Shown here one piece after another: positions 39,700 to 48,773 of a stretch of DNA of 64,000 bases. Under the pieces are notes generated by a model. That model saw nothing but the letters and a program-made list of their open reading frames with translations, did no database searches and was not told the origin of the DNA. A program made the position numbers and the translations under genes. Location of the stretch: the IMG/VR virus record IMGVR_UViG_3300021399_000104; one strand, 5' to 3'. Source of the DNA: an uncultured virus (IMG/VR IMGVR_UViG_3300021399_000104) (taxonomy: Duplodnaviria > Heunggongvirae > Uroviricota > Caudoviricetes). The stretch's first letter is position 1. Each line of letters begins with the position of its first letter.

Positions 39700-42600
39700 A
39701 TGATTAATAATGAAGAGCAGACGATTGAGTATTTACCTTTTCCGGATTGTATTAGAAAGAGGGTAGGTGTATACTTAGGTTCGGCAGATAAAGCGGCCTG
39801 TTCGACTTGTTTACGTGAGATTACCGACAATGCGACTGATGAGATTTCGGCGGGTTTTGGTAATACTATTCACGTTAGTTCTGACTTTAATGGTTGGAAT
39901 TATGTAGCGGATAATGGTCGTGGTATTCCTATTCGTATGAGTAAGGATGTGCCGGAGAAGACTGAAGCATATTTATCTATTTCTGAGTTACATTCATCTG
40001 GTAAGTTTAATACAGGTGGTGTAGGTCGGGTAGGTTTAAATGGTTTAGGTTCTTCGGCTGTTAATGCTGTGTCGGATCGTTATGTTTTATTGATTCGTGT
40101 AACGGAGAGTAACTGGGAGGGTTCGATTCCAGAGGTTACATCTGCCTGGCGTGATCATAGTCGTGGTGAGTTATATTACATTGTGGCTTGTGAGAAGGGT
40201 CAGAAGGTGTATGAGAATTGTTTACGTTTGAAGGACATTGAGAAAATATTATTTCGAGGTATTAAGGATTATCAGCCTATACCAAAGGGGATGAGTACTT
40301 TAGTGTTTTTCAAGTTAGATTCTGAGATATTTGAGGAGTCGACAAAGCCTGAGGTACCTGTTACGAATTTAAATTACTTCTTACTAATTCAGCGTCAGTT
40401 TTTTGGTAGGAAGGACATTAAGGTATTGATTGATGGTGTTTCGTTGGAGTGTCGTTTTAATCCATATCGTTTTGAAGTAGTTAAGACGATTACACCAAAG
40501 GATCCATTATCTCCTAACAAAGAGGTGGGTATATATTTAACCTTTGAAGCTGATCCAGAGTTAAAGGACAATAGTTTCTTTGCGTCCGTTAATGGTTTGG
40601 ATTGTCGGTTAGGTTATCATGTTAATCTCACTAAGAATCTTTTCAAGGCAGCGTTCAAGGATTTATATAAAGTATCTCATGAATATGTCTTAGAGGGTAT
40701 ACGTTTTGGAGTCATCATCCTAGCCAATGAGTGTGTATATTCCAGTCAGGTCAAGGAGAATTTGAAGTCTATATCCAAGGTAAAGGCAGATGATTTTTTG
40801 CCTGTCGTTAAGGAGATAGAGAAGATATTGAAGAAGAATTCTGACTATTGGGATTTACACATTGAGAAAGTAAATGCCTTGTATGATAGTCGCCGTAATA
40901 TTGGTGCTATTGAGAAGGCAGAAAAGATGATTAATGCTTCATCTGGGACCGCTTTTTACAAGAACAAAAGTAATTTAGTAGATGGTTTCAGTGATGCGAC
41001 GTTAAAGAATCGTTGGGACTGTGAGCTTTACATTGTTGAAGGTAATTCTCCGGCAGGTTCTTTGAAGTCAGGTCGTAAGGCAGAAAATGGTGGACTAAAG
41101 CAAGCGGTATTACCATTGCGCGGAAAGGTTCTCAATGTTAGTAATATAGAAATTGATCGAGCCTTAGAGAATAAAGAGATTTCAACTTTATTTAGCATCT
41201 TAGGAGTTGGAATACAAGAAAAGAATGTAACATCTGGAGCGACTACATGGGAAGAAGCTCAGGAGTTATTGATGAAACACTCTAGATATTCTCGCATATG
41301 TCTAGCGTGTGATGCGGATTGACTAAAGCAGTCCGAGATTATAGTGATATAATCTAAAGAATCGTATTGTTGCGGGGAACTCCTGTTAGGTAGAAGGTAC
41401 TAGAAGTGTGGTTGACTTCAGTAATAATCCTTCTAATAGGGACAATCCGCATGTTAATTAAACGTTGACTTATTTGATATTTATGATACTAGATAAGTCT
41501 TTAATTGATAAGAATCTAATTTTATCAGAATGCTTTCAAATTCAAGAAGGTGTTCCTGATAAAAATTACAGAGTTGGAGAAATAATATATGATGGTCAGC
41601 CACGTATATTGGTTTTGAATGTAAAAACAAGTGAGCTAATGGAGTATTTCTTTGATGATAGTCCTTCTCAATGGATTTCTCTGTCCATTATAGACAGTAG
41701 ATTTCAGAAGGATGATTATTACATAAACCGTCAAACACTTCAAATTCGGGGTGCTAGAGGAATTATGTCCTTTGGTAAAACATATTATCCCAGAATTACA
41801 CTACATTCAAAAATATCCAAATCCAAGTCAATTACATACAAAATACATGTTCTTATTGGTAAACTGTTTATACCAAATAGTAAGCCTAAAGAGAGAACCA
41901 CTATTGATCATATAGACAGAAATACAGCTAATTATGCTCTTTCTAATTTGCGGTGGGCATCTTTCAAAGAACAACGTAAAAATCAAAGAACATTTAATAT
42001 TGAAACTGAATATGTATCTTATTTTGATAAAGGTCTTAGCAATGTGGATAGAATTTATTCACATGAAGATTTTGTAAAGGCATTTGTCAACCTAAAGGAT
42101 AGAATAAGAATATCAGGTGCAGTATTAAATAATACCAAATGTTTTGATAGATTTTGGATGAGTAGAAATCCAAAGACAGCAAGATACCTTGCATCGTTTG
42201 GCATTTTAAATATTCCAAATTTATCAACTCTTGAGTGGAGAGAACACTACTCAGGAAAACTATTAGTACATCCCTTAGGTTTATATTTGCCAAAAGGTAG
42301 GAAGTTACATGAAAGAAATATAACTCCCGGTCTAATAAATGATAAGGGAAGCTATGACTGTACTATACGCGCATTTAATAAAAAGACTCATACTATTATT
42401 GCAGAGGTGTTTTTAAATGATAATAAACCTCTCCCTTGTGGGTTTGAGGTTGATCATATAAATACTAATCCGCTTGATAATAGGGTTGAAAACCTGAGAA
42501 TTTGCAAAAATCGAGCCGAAAACATGCAAAACAAAATCACCAGGGACAAACTCTGCAAGAAAGTAGTTGGTCCTGATGGTACTATTTATGAGAGTCAGAA

Positions 42601-43277
42601 AAAATGCGCTGAAGCTCTTAATATAGATAAAAACACTATTAAGAGGTGGATAGAAAATCCAAACAAGAACTTTAACCATTTAAAAGGTTAGACGTTTAAT
42701 TAACATCAACGACTATCTCGAAAGAGAGTAGGGTGGAAAGTCAAACCTAATGTCCACTCGAAAGATACGACATCTCCCTAACCAAGAGATGAAAATATAG
42801 TCTGGTCTGTATGGAAACATACAGGAGTTCATCTTTGAGTAATCAAAGTGAGAACCGGAGTGGTGTGACGAACCATTTTGAACATTTACGTCTGATGGCA
42901 GCCAGATAACGTCATTATTATTATATGTTATTTGTAAGTATGCGAGATTTTTGATAGATCATGGACTTGTTTACATATCGGTAAGTCCATTATTTGAGCA
43001 GGATGGTAAGTTTTATTATCCTGGTGATCCGTCTGATTCGAATGGTATACCGTTAGGAATCAACACTAATAAATCATTTAGAAGATTCAAAGGCCTAGGC
43101 AGTATTCCCAAGACCATGATTTATGATGTATTTTTCAATCCTCTCACGCGAAAGCAGGTTCAAGTTACGCCAGAGGGAATTGATTATGCGATGTCTTTGA
43201 CGGAGGACATTAACGTTCGTAAGAAATTATTAATAGATGCAGGAATACTTAGTAATCCATTTAAACTCAAAGATTAG
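39700..43277 (+). CDS. Type IIA topoisomerase large (GyrB/ParE-like) subunit, spliced: exons 39700-41319 and 42891-43277
   Basis: EITDNATDE, DNGRG, HSSGKF, VEGNS, PLRGK; DAD|SDG TOPRIM motif joined across intron, 668 aa. Confidence 0.92.
41320..42890 (+). mobile_element. Group I intron with homing endonuclease
   Basis: P1 CGGAU/GUCCG with U.G at splice site, P7 GACTA (42711) / TAGTC (42798), terminal G. Confidence 0.9.
41483..42691 (+). CDS. Intron-encoded double-HNH homing endonuclease
   Basis: IDHIDRN..NY..SNLRW and VDHINTN..DNR.ENLR, C-terminal NUMOD1-like HTH. Confidence 0.85.
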   Translation: MILDKSLIDKNLILSECFQIQEGVPDKNYRVGEIIYDGQPRILVLNVKTSELMEYFFDDSPSQWISLSIIDSRFQKDDYYINRQTLQIRGARGIMSFGKTYYPRITLHSKISKSKSITYKIHVLIGKLFIPNSKPKERTTIDHIDRNTANYALSNLRWASFKEQRKNQRTFNIETEYVSYFDKGLSNVDRIYSHEDFVKAFVNLKDRIRISGAVLNNTKCFDRFWMSRNPKTARYLASFGILNIPNLSTLEWREHYSGKLLVHPLGLYLPKGRKLHERNITPGLINDKGSYDCTIRAFNKKTHTIIAEVFLNDNKPLPCGFEVDHINTNPLDNRVENLRICKNRAENMQNKITRDKLCKKVVGPDGTIYESQKKCAEALNIDKNTIKRWIENPNKNFNHLKG

Positions 43278-43282
43278 ATATT

Positions 43283-44638
43283 ATGGCAAGGAAAAAGAAG
43301 TTAGATTTAGATTTACCGTTAGCTAAGCCAGAGGATATAGTACAGAAGCCGATAGGTCAAGTTGTATCTGATGCTTACTTAGATTTTGGTAGTTACATTA
43401 ATTGTCATCGTCATTTAGCTGATTTAGATGGGTTAAAGATTTCATATCGTCGATTAATTTATACATTATTGACAAAGTTTCCTCATAATTCTTTCAATCA
43501 CACTAACACAGCGATAGCCAAAGTCGCAGACATTCATCCTCACGGTTTATCCAGTTTTAATGAGATGTGTGCTACTCTTGTTAAGTCTGGTATATTTGAA
43601 GGTGAAGGTTCATTTGGTTACACTCAGATTGATGGAGTTATAAATGAAGCGGCGAATGAGCGTTATACATACATTAAGATATCCGATTTATGGTGGGACT
43701 TAATGGGTGATTTGATTAAGGATGTTCCGGAGGTTGAGTCGCCTAACAGTAATCCAGAGCCGACATTTCTTCCCAGTCCTCTTCCGATAGGTTTGCACAT
43801 GAAGAGTTTGAATCAGGGTTTAGGTGTTTCTATATCCATGTTATATCCAAACTTTTCTGCCTGGTCGATGTATCAAGCTTACCTACATGATGATCCGAGT
43901 TTATTGGAGTCTAATGTTGATTTGATATTAGACAAAGAGAATTCGGAGTTACATAGGATTTGGAATGAGGGTCGTGGTAGGGTAGTATATTCTTATCGTA
44001 TTTCCAGGTATCGTAACAATGAGACTGGTCTTGAGGGTATATTATTTGAGACTAAGGATGGGACGGAGATATTCACGCCAAAGTTAAAGCCATTAAAGAA
44101 GTTGGCTGATGATGGTAAGGTATATATTGAAGACTTGACTGATTTTGATTCATGTAAGTTAGTAGTATATCGTATCCCTGGAGCTAGGGGTATAACCATC
44201 GACGACATTGAGGCATTATGTAGGCGTGTATGTTTCAGTGCTCAGAATTACAACTTGAACATAACGAATGGTGAGACGGCTTTCAGGATTCCGTTGCGGA
44301 GTTGGATTGATTTCACTTATCGTCGTTATATAGAATTAATCACAGAATCCAACAAGAAGAAGATTTCGAAGGTTAAGTTTGATATACAGGTTGCGGAGGC
44401 GATTCCTATTATTTCGGCTTATATAATCAACACAAATCCTCGGGCGTCAGATTCAGAGCTTGTATCTGCTCTAGGTATTTCGCCCGATGTAGTTAGTGTT
44501 GTAATGACCAAGCCAATATCCTATTTGCGAAAGAATAAGGACACTAGTGATCGGATAAAGCAATTAAAAGACAGGTTAAAGGAGTTAAAGAAATTTGATC
44601 CTGTCCGTTACACAGAAGAAATAATTAAGAAACTATGA
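43283..44638 (+). CDS. Type IIA topoisomerase small (GyrA/gp52-like) subunit lacking CTD
   Basis: DGLK..YRR, HPHG, AANERYT catalytic Tyr. Confidence 0.88.
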   Translation: MARKKKLDLDLPLAKPEDIVQKPIGQVVSDAYLDFGSYINCHRHLADLDGLKISYRRLIYTLLTKFPHNSFNHTNTAIAKVADIHPHGLSSFNEMCATLVKSGIFEGEGSFGYTQIDGVINEAANERYTYIKISDLWWDLMGDLIKDVPEVESPNSNPEPTFLPSPLPIGLHMKSLNQGLGVSISMLYPNFSAWSMYQAYLHDDPSLLESNVDLILDKENSELHRIWNEGRGRVVYSYRISRYRNNETGLEGILFETKDGTEIFTPKLKPLKKLADDGKVYIEDLTDFDSCKLVVYRIPGARGITIDDIEALCRRVCFSAQNYNLNITNGETAFRIPLRSWIDFTYRRYIELITESNKKKISKVKFDIQVAEAIPIISAYIINTNPRASDSELVSALGISPDVVSVVMTKPISYLRKNKDTSDRIKQLKDRLKELKKFDPVRYTEEIIKKL

Positions 44639-44886
44639 AAGATGAAAAAGAAAAGCCAATGTTTCAATTATCAGACGGTTGGAACAGCAGTGATTTCCTA
44701 GTATTATGGAGTTTACTGCCAGAGAAGGTATTGGAGCACATTGATGGTTCCTATTATGGTCCTCACTTAGCTTATCATGATGGTGAGTTAGTTGAGCGTT
44801 CCTATGTTTATTTCAGGAAAGTAGGGAAGTTCAGAAAGAAGGACCTAAGAATTATAGAGACAGACGATTACATTGTTGGGTTATGA
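44635..44886 (+). CDS. Hypothetical protein
   Basis: Coupled ORF. Confidence 0.65.
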   Translation: MKDEKEKPMFQLSDGWNSSDFLVLWSLLPEKVLEHIDGSYYGPHLAYHDGELVERSYVYFRKVGKFRKKDLRIIETDDYIVGL

Positions 44887-45404
44887 TTTACTTTGAGGGT
44901 TTAGAGAGTGTTGCGGAAGCCATTTATCTCAGTGAATCATTGAGTAATCGTTTTGGTGATTGTAATATTTTTGTTAATCCAGGTCGTATTACATATTTAG
45001 TTGGTAAGCTCATCATCATCAACATGCCAGATTATCCTAAGGAAGATCTTGAGACGTTATTAAGTCAGAATTGCAAGGTTATTTCTAGGGTATGGTTAGA
45101 TGATTCCCGGGTTGAGTTTTCGCCCTACATACTAAGGATTGACAAGAATATATTATGGAATGGTAAAGACATGGAGGAGTATCCGAAAGGGGGATTACAG
45201 GAGATGTTAGAGAATGACCTATGTAGTTTCTCGTTGGATGATTATGTCTTATATTTCCCTCGTATCAGTCATGGTAATACCTTAGACTCTAAAGGTAACT
45301 TGACTGTACTTGGTTGGGTATTACAGCAGACAGGGTGTAATTTACGTAGAAACACTCCATTTATTAACTTAGATCTATTAAAATCGAAAAAAATAGTGCT
45401 TTAA
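44883..45404 (+). CDS. Hypothetical protein
   Basis: Coupled ORF. Confidence 0.7.
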   Translation: MIYFEGLESVAEAIYLSESLSNRFGDCNIFVNPGRITYLVGKLIIINMPDYPKEDLETLLSQNCKVISRVWLDDSRVEFSPYILRIDKNILWNGKDMEEYPKGGLQEMLENDLCSFSLDDYVLYFPRISHGNTLDSKGNLTVLGWVLQQTGCNLRRNTPFINLDLLKSKKIVL

Positions 45405-45532
45405 AACGTTAATTTAGGGGTATTCTATCACCCCGATTTCTTATATATGAATGAAAAATAACCTTAAGGGGCAGTTTGTGTCCCCTCTTAAATAAACATT
45501 ATTTATTAATTTTAAAAACATTATTTATTATT

Positions 45533-46846
45533 ATGATTGACGTAGAAAATTTTGTAGCAATGATTACTCGCCAAGCAGCAATGACAGAACCAATGAGTAA
45601 AAATGATCAGAAAGAGCGTCCAAAGGATCGTATCGAAAAAGTATCTCTTGCTTACATTGGAAACTATGGTCGTTATCAGGTGCTTCCAATTGAGAGTATG
45701 GTAACGAACTATCCATTTGTCTTCTTGCCAGATACTCGTGAAGTTTCGATCCCACGTAAGTCTATTGCAGAAGATGGTACGGAGACTATTCAGCCGGTAT
45801 GGGTTAAGATTCTTCCGGCCGAGGCATTTCAGCGTAAGCATGAGGGTCAGGTATTCTCATCTCTCTCTAACGATGAAGCTACTTTGTTGGCTAATTGTCA
45901 GAGTTTGTATGATGAGCTCTCTAGAGAAATTGATCCAAAAGTAAACCAAGACATTCATCGTACAATTATCAGAAAGCGTAATTACACATTGTTTTACGCA
46001 TATTGTCTGAGAAAGTGGAGTCTTGACAATGAGAGAACAACAGTACGTGAGAATTTCCCTGGTTTGTTCATTGTAACCGCCAAAGGATTCCTCGGTACAG
46101 TTGAAAGTAACATGAAGGAAGAGACTGCCGTTTCTGGGTCTAGTAATTGGCTTGATGACATTTACGGTGATTTTAGAAGTCGTCGTGGAACATTGATCTT
46201 TACAATTGGCCCAAATCAGACTGGTCGACCTGGTTTTTCAACTACAGCCACTCACAAATATGGTCTTCCTCAGCCGATTCAGGTTAATATTACTGATGAA
46301 GAGTTGAGTAAGTTTCGTAATCCTGTCGCTACCTTTATGGGATGGCAGGCTTTGCGTGAGGATGGTGTTAAGGATGAGGAGCGTAAGCTTTTCAATGCAC
46401 CTTTGATGGAAGAAGTAGCGAAATTCTTGACAAATCAGTTGAATGCCGTTAGGAATGCAAAGATGACAGGTGCTTCGCTGGCAGAGGCAGTAGCTGCAAC
46501 GAATGAATTGGCTGCTAAGACTGCTCCAACTTTTGGTAATCAGAGAAGCAATGATCCAATTCTTAATGCAGAGAAACCACAGGTGAATAATATGGGTGCT
46601 CCTGCTGATATGGGTAAGGTAGTAGAACAGAACACTAATCCTTATCAGTCAGCACCGGCAGCTCATTACAACCCAGGCGGACAAGTAAATCCAGGTTTTG
46701 GTCAAGGTTCAGCCCAGGCATCACCCTTTGGTCAGTCCAAGCCTCAGAGTGCTCCATTTAATGGTGGTAGTACAGGTTTTGGTGGCTTTGGTGGTTTCCC
46801 AAGTCAAGGTCAAGCAGGTGGAAATAACAACAATATTCCATTCTAA
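45533..46846 (+). CDS. Putative single-stranded DNA-binding protein
   Basis: G/Q/N/F-rich disordered tail ending IPF; replication context. Confidence 0.55.
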   Translation: MIDVENFVAMITRQAAMTEPMSKNDQKERPKDRIEKVSLAYIGNYGRYQVLPIESMVTNYPFVFLPDTREVSIPRKSIAEDGTETIQPVWVKILPAEAFQRKHEGQVFSSLSNDEATLLANCQSLYDELSREIDPKVNQDIHRTIIRKRNYTLFYAYCLRKWSLDNERTTVRENFPGLFIVTAKGFLGTVESNMKEETAVSGSSNWLDDIYGDFRSRRGTLIFTIGPNQTGRPGFSTTATHKYGLPQPIQVNITDEELSKFRNPVATFMGWQALREDGVKDEERKLFNAPLMEEVAKFLTNQLNAVRNAKMTGASLAEAVAATNELAAKTAPTFGNQRSNDPILNAEKPQVNNMGAPADMGKVVEQNTNPYQSAPAAHYNPGGQVNPGFGQGSAQASPFGQSKPQSAPFNGGSTGFGGFGGFPSQGQAGGNNNNIPF

Positions 46847-46922
46847 AGTTTTAACATAATATAATAAAGAGGAAGGTAAGGTTAAGATAAAAATTAATTT
46901 TACCTCCTCTAATTTTTTAGCT

Positions 46923-47969
46923 ATGATAATTAACAATTATTCTATTTGTTTCATCGACTGTTCTTTTCTGTTGACTAGAAATTTGTGGATGGGAACAAAA
47001 GATATACCTATTGCAGAATTATCACCAGCACCAGTCATTAAGCTCATTATTCAAACTCTTAGAAAATGTCAACGAGATTATGGAATAAGACCTGAAAAAT
47101 TTATAATGATCGCTGATAAATGGGACTCAACGATAGGTGGGTATTATGGTGGATTTCTGACTAAAGAGATAACAAAGAAATTAGGATTAGGTGGATATAA
47201 GTCATCTAGGAAGTGGGTAAATAAGCAAGTCCTCGATGAGATGAAAGCCAATCCAGAAACTACCAAAGAAGATTTAGAGAAAGCAGAGCGAGATTATGCA
47301 GTAAATCAGATTAAATTTGAATGTAAGAGAATCATCAAAGAAGAATTTCCTAAGATTGGTATTCCTTACTTTGAATGGTCTGGTTATGAATTTGATCAGA
47401 TTACGACACTGGCTGCTTTTGAGAGATATGGAAAAACTGCCCTTCCTGATGTAATACTCACTAAGGATACAGACCTCCAATATTCTCTTACTCCAAGTTG
47501 TCGTTTCTTTTCTCTACCAACACGAGGATCAGAACCTAAAATAATTTCCTATGATGAGAAGTACTATGAGATTCCTGAAGTATTACGTAATCTTGGTATG
47601 TCTCTTTATATGTACAATGCTTATCAGAATGCTTTGGGTAAATCTCATAATGACATGTCTAGGACGTTAAAGAAGAATTGGGACCCAATAGATGCGATTA
47701 TACATATTGCTCAAGGTGATTATTCTTGTATTGAACCTGACAGGATTGAACTTTTCCAGGCTCAACTTAAATCTTATGACTTGTCGATATTTCCAAGAGT
47801 AGAGGAAGTTAAGAAGGAAATTAGTAAGTTTGATACTGTTGGACATATGCCAAAGATTGAGGATTTTCATCAATTCTGCGCAACTAATAATGTCTCTGGT
47901 ATCACTGACAAATACTTCAATGACTTCACTTCGTTGTTTGATTCTAAATTATTTACAGAACATGACTAA
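46923..47969 (+). CDS. 5'-3' exonuclease / flap endonuclease (T4 RNase H-like)
   Basis: FIDCS, YKSSR, GYEFD, TKDTDL. Confidence 0.7.
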   Translation: MIINNYSICFIDCSFLLTRNLWMGTKDIPIAELSPAPVIKLIIQTLRKCQRDYGIRPEKFIMIADKWDSTIGGYYGGFLTKEITKKLGLGGYKSSRKWVNKQVLDEMKANPETTKEDLEKAERDYAVNQIKFECKRIIKEEFPKIGIPYFEWSGYEFDQITTLAAFERYGKTALPDVILTKDTDLQYSLTPSCRFFSLPTRGSEPKIISYDEKYYEIPEVLRNLGMSLYMYNAYQNALGKSHNDMSRTLKKNWDPIDAIIHIAQGDYSCIEPDRIELFQAQLKSYDLSIFPRVEEVKKEISKFDTVGHMPKIEDFHQFCATNNVSGITDKYFNDFTSLFDSKLFTEHD

Positions 47970-48198
47970 TATTGTGGCTGTAGTTACTGGAGAGAAGTAT
48001 TCATTTGACGAAGAGACTGGCCGTATATTCAAAGATGGTCGTTTACTTTCGTCAGCCTTATATGAACCTGTCTACTCCAACTTTACAGAATCAGGCTTGC
48101 CAACATTCTCAGGTATCTATATGAAAGCAACTAACTCTATCCTTTCATTGGCAGGTAATATCAATCCAGTCATAAAGGATAATAATCAAGTACAGTAA
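47962..48198 (+). CDS. Hypothetical protein
   Basis: Start MTNIV overlaps upstream stop. Confidence 0.6.
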   Translation: MTNIVAVVTGEKYSFDEETGRIFKDGRLLSSALYEPVYSNFTESGLPTFSGIYMKATNSILSLAGNINPVIKDNNQVQ

Positions 48199-48200
48199 TT

Positions 48201-48710
48201 ATGCCTTTGTTTGTTAAAAAGCCGTATACGATTGGTGAATTAATGTCTATCGATAGTGGAAGACAAGAACGCGCTCAGTATTGTACAGTTGAGCATCTAA
48301 AAACATATCATCAACTCCAGCCTGAAACACTGGGAGATAAAATTAGACAGTTCTTCTTAGGTGAAACACATGTAAACGCCTACTTCCTAATTCTTCATCT
48401 TAGAGTTACATCACCAGGAAAAGAGCCAAAGAATGTGTATATAAAACTCAATCCTGACTTTAACCTGACTAAGTGGTATGATAATATGGTGAAGATCTAT
48501 TGTGACTGCCCTGATTTCAAGTATCGTTCTGCATATATCCTAAATGAAAGAAAATCACTCTTCCTAAATGATAAGGTGAGAAATGAACTTGGATCTGCTC
48601 TGACGGAAACACCTAAACGAGGAGCTAAGACATCACTACTTTGTAAACATGCCTTTGCTGCTCTTCAGTGGGTTGTTGAAAACTATACTTCTATTATGCG
48701 TGTTATCTAA
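48201..48710 (+). CDS. SWIM zinc-finger protein
   Basis: CDCPDF...CKH. Confidence 0.7.
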   Translation: MPLFVKKPYTIGELMSIDSGRQERAQYCTVEHLKTYHQLQPETLGDKIRQFFLGETHVNAYFLILHLRVTSPGKEPKNVYIKLNPDFNLTKWYDNMVKIYCDCPDFKYRSAYILNERKSLFLNDKVRNELGSALTETPKRGAKTSLLCKHAFAALQWVVENYTSIMRVI

Positions 48711-48773
48711 AGTTAAATATGGGATCGGGGTTAGGGAATTATATCTCTGCCCCACCCAAACACTTCTATATAT

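Noticed and set aside
39700..41322. Truncated topoisomerase pseudogene
   Set aside because: The stop lies inside a group I intron; splicing restores the frame
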